From Eledone cirrhosa (Eukaryota): DNA of 64,000 bases. Each line of letters begins with the position of its first letter. Position 1 is the stretch's first letter. Location: contig OZ024765.1 of NCBI GenBank assembly GCA_964016885.1, forward strand, positions 10,540,001 through 10,604,000. The letters are read 5' to 3'. Both the position numbers and the translations under genes were made by a program. The notes beneath the pieces are model-generated. The model was not told the DNA's origin and searched no databases. It saw only the letters and a program-made list of their open reading frames with translations. Positions 60,089 through 64,000 of the stretch are shown in pieces.

Positions 60089-62230
60089 GCAATAATAATA
60101 ATAACGACAACAACAATAATAATATACATATTCATATATATATACACACACACGCACGCACATAAGCATATCTACACACACACACGATAGCAACTAACAG
60201 TGCTGCGATCGAATGTGGCTTTTTAGCCCAGCCAATGATCCAAAATGTCTTGCACAGAGTCGGCAACCAAAACATTTACTGGGAATAGTCGGCTGTGGTT
60301 GGAGTTCGTGTACTTTTGCATGTCGCTTGAGTCCTCCTGCTGATTTACATTCTCTACCACATGTTTGGCAAGCATGATGAGTAGCATCTCCAACAGCAGC
60401 CTGGTAGTCAACCACTGGTCTTACTTTATGACTGCGAAGATGACTTTCGAGTCCAGCTTTGCTTAGGCAGAGTCTCGCACAGACGCTGCATGTCAGAAAC
60501 ATAGGAGGACCCTCGCCGTCTGGAAGTGCAACAGCAATACCCTTCCTCACGTCCCGCTTTACTTTCTCGTGTGCGATTCGAGATGCCTCAAAGGCAACTT
60601 TTCCCTCATATACAGTCTTTCTCCATTTATTACGATCAGCAGCAATATTTTCCCATGTATCAGCAGAGATGTTAGCGTCTTTCAGAGAGGCCTTCAAGGA
60701 ATCCTTATACCTCTTTTTTGGTTTATGTGGCGGTCGTTTTCCTTTAACCAACTCTCCATAGAATCCTTCATCCTGGCAAGGTGACCACTCCAACGGAGTC
60801 GCTGCTTAAGCACAAGAGCTTCTATACTGTCACACATAGAGCTTTCCAAAATCTCGACATCACTGATGTGGTCCCTCCAGCGAACGCCATGTATCCGTCT
60901 GAGACACATCTGATGGAAACGCTCCAATTGCTTAAGGTGGCGTCGATATGTGACCCAGGTCTCGCAGGCATAAAGAAGACAAGAGAGTACACATGCCCTG
61001 TACACCCTTACCTTTGTCCTCCTGCATATGTCTCGCCGACCCCAGAGTCGCCTTTCTAGCTTTCCGAAAGCATCACTTGCTTTCCTAATCCTAAGTGAGA
61101 TTTCACTGTCAAGGTTGCCGTATCGATTGACAGTGCTTCCCAGGTAGACAAACTGATCAACCACTCCAAGTCGTTTGCCATACACATAGATGTTTGGTTC
61201 AGTGTACTGCCTACCAGGTGCAGGTTGGTACATGACGACGGTTTTCTTGAGACTGACAGTCAAACCCAGGGCAGTGCAAGCGTCAGAAAATACATTCAAA
61301 ATGTGCTGCATATCACTCTCTGTGTGCGCTACAAGATCGCAATCATCTGCATACAAGAGGTCTCTTATGACTGATGTAAATACTTTTGTCTTCGCAGCAA
61401 AGCGCCTGATGTTAAATATGCTGCCTGAGGTTCGATATCGGATGTAAACACCATGCTCGCAATTCCTGAATGCAACACAGAAAACCATTGCAAAGTATAT
61501 GGCAAACAGGGTCGGTGCTGGAATATCCCCCTGTTTCACTCCATTTTTTACTGAGATAGGCTCCGACATGTTACCTCCGACATTAACCCAAGCCTTCATG
61601 TCGTCATGGACAGACCTAACTAAAGCAAGGAACTTATCAGGGCAACCAAGTTTCTGGAGAACCTTCCATAATGCATCTCTGTTGACAGTATCGAAAGCCT
61701 TTGTCAGATCGACAAAAACCTGATACAGATCCAAGCCCTGTTCAATGCACTTCTCCTGGAGCTGTCTAGCTGAGAAGATCATATCAGTAGTGCCGCGTCC
61801 AACACGAAAACCAGATTGACTTTCAGGAAGGACACAATCTGCAATGTGTGTCAGCAGACGGTCCAGAAGCACCCTACATAAAACTTTCCCCACGACAGAA
61901 AGCAATGATATACCTCTGTAGTTCCCACAATCATTCCTGTTACCCTTTCCCTTGTACAAGACCACCATTACTGCATCTCTCCAGTCCTCAGGCACGGATT
62001 CATTAGCCCATATCCTTCCAAACAGAGAGTGAAGATGTTGCAGGAGTCTCTCACCACCATATTGTAGGAGCTCAGCATGTATGCCATCCATACCTGGAGA
62101 TCTTCCACTGTTCAGCTTCGAAATAGCCACTGCAACCTCCACAAGTGTCGGAGGCTCTGCGAGAGCTACTTTCACGGGACTTTCCGGAATGAGATTGAGG
62201 AAATCTTCACTGACGACAGACGGCTGAATC
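59971..62230 (-). mobile_element. 5'-truncated RTE-clade LINE with RT and three C-terminal C2H2 zinc fingers; one frameshift
   Basis: ORF 62230-60694 has SPGMDG, GNYRGISLL, QSGFR, FVDLTKAFD, GVKQG, YADD, FVYLGS, LLYACETW, LRWSGH. It shifts frame near 60765 into YGELVKGKRPPHKPKKRYKD plus three CxxC-x12-HxxxH fingers ending at 60194. Both ends abut (TA)n. Confidence 0.9.
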
Positions 62231-62768
62231 ATATATATATATATATACATATATACACATATATATATCATTCCATGAGAGCATCCTGGTCGTCAGCCCA
62301 CGTACTCTTCAAGCGGCCTTCATATTTTCTATATACAATTATATAATGCCAATAACCTTTCAGGACATTATGAGATTTTACATAACGAATAAACTGTAGA
62401 GTATTAGTAAATTTGTCTTACACCGGTGATATACTAAAAGCATACGCAGTCCCAGACTAACTCTGATCTTTTACGACAGTTACCGTGAACTAGTCTAGCA
62501 CCTTGCTTACATCTTATAACACTTGCTTTCGTCATATCATGTAAGTTATCTAATACAATATTTAGCATTATTTTCTGTATATATTTATCATGTCTTTAGC
62601 ATTACGTTAAAAATGTTTATTATTGCATGGAAATACCAGAAAAAAGAATTTTTTAAATATATTATAACAATGTTTATATATGTTTACGTGTATATATATA
62701 GAGGCAGCATGACCCTCCCAAAGTATAACAATAGATAGCTATATGTTTGTTTATATATTAATTGGTGT

Positions 62769-62806
<38 letters not shown>

Positions 62807-64000
62807 AAATAATATATATATATATATATAAATGTTTATATTAAAGTGTTTTTTTTATATATATATATAAACATACATAAATATCATATACATATATATA
62901 TATATGTATATGATATTTATGTATGTTTATATATATATATATAAAAAAACACTTAAATATAAACATTTATATCACGTACGCACCACACACAAATATATAC
63001 ATTAACAACAAGAATTCGTGTTTGTTTATAAAATAACTGAATATTTATTTTCAACAGTGTCTATCGCTTTTGATTACATATACTGTACATATAAAGTTTG
63101 TTTTGAGTGTGTATATAATAAACACACAAACATGCTCCGAATTATGGACACACACCTTTTATAATGAAAATAATATTTATTAATAATATCCGCATATATA
63201 AATACATGTAATAAATATATATATATATTTATATTTATATATATGTAACGTTTTTTTTAAAGCTTTATATGTCTTTTAAATATATACATGAATAACATTA
63301 TAAATGCTTATCCTTAAGGGGTCGATAAAATAAAGTACCAGTAATGTATTGAGTAATAGCTGGCCTTGTGCCAAAAGTAGAAACAATTATAAATTGCTCG
63401 CGATCCTTTCAGAAGGATATATTCCTTTAATGTTGCAATATTAAAGAAAATATAAAGGAAGTGGTGAACAACGGAGCCATCACCAGATCAAAAGACAGCA
63501 GCACCGCGAGGGGTACCGGGCAACCTCGCTAATGATTTTTGAGGCAAGCCAGCACACTTGCAGATTCAGTTTGAAACTAGTTAGAAACTATTGCTCTATC
63601 TTGTACTCGATACTTGGGGGTAGTAGAGTATGGTTATATTATAAGGAATCGGGGCCCGATGGCTGAGCTCCTGTCGTTTCAACAGCTAGTTCCAGACTGG
63701 AACTAGCTGTTGAAATATATAGGGTAAAGACCCCCTTCGGTCACGAATTACCATGGGATCTGTGTCTAGAAAGTTCCTCTCCGAGGCATAAGTATGAGCA
63801 AGGTTGTTTGTGGAAGACTAGGAGTCACCCATGCATAGCTGTCTCCCTCGCCACGCCACCGATGTTGTCCAACGGAAGAGCAATCATGAATACAGCTTGG
63901 CAGCTGTGACGTTGCATAGCTGATATTGGGTGAAATAGCTTTAAACATTAGTGGATATTAAACGATTTAATTTCGAAAGACAGGTTCGGTACTGACCTAA

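Noticed and set aside
60694-60793. Programmed ribosomal frameshift in the LINE
   Set aside because: Residues expected between RMKDS and YGEL in RTE ORFs are missing, so this is a deletion. No slippery site is evident.

Overview
Eukaryotic, very AT- and microsatellite-rich animal DNA. The SINE and (TA)n landscape suggests an octopod cephalopod (inference). Two convergent intron-containing genes were reconstructed by hand. (1) A secreted purple acid phosphatase of the ACP7/PAPL type on + (6358-34674) has 11 shared coding exons plus two duplicated, alternative signal-peptide exons, one using a GC donor. (2) A two-exon C2orf69/UPF0565 homolog lies on - (54707-51343). The rest is tRNA-derived SINEs, decayed non-LTR retrotransposons (Tx1/L1-like, CRE-like, RTE, CR1/L2-like), a 5'-truncated RTE LINE with three C-terminal C2H2 fingers, MITEs, Helitron remnants and kilobase (TA)n tracts. 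Two features go beyond ordinary annotation. First, about a dozen type-I hammerhead-ribozyme motifs from several sequence families have covarying stems and palindromic stem III, several in inverted pairs inside ACP7 introns. Second, many minisatellite arrays were each amplified from an internal piece of a dispersed transposon. Most ORF-track entries are microsatellite artefacts.
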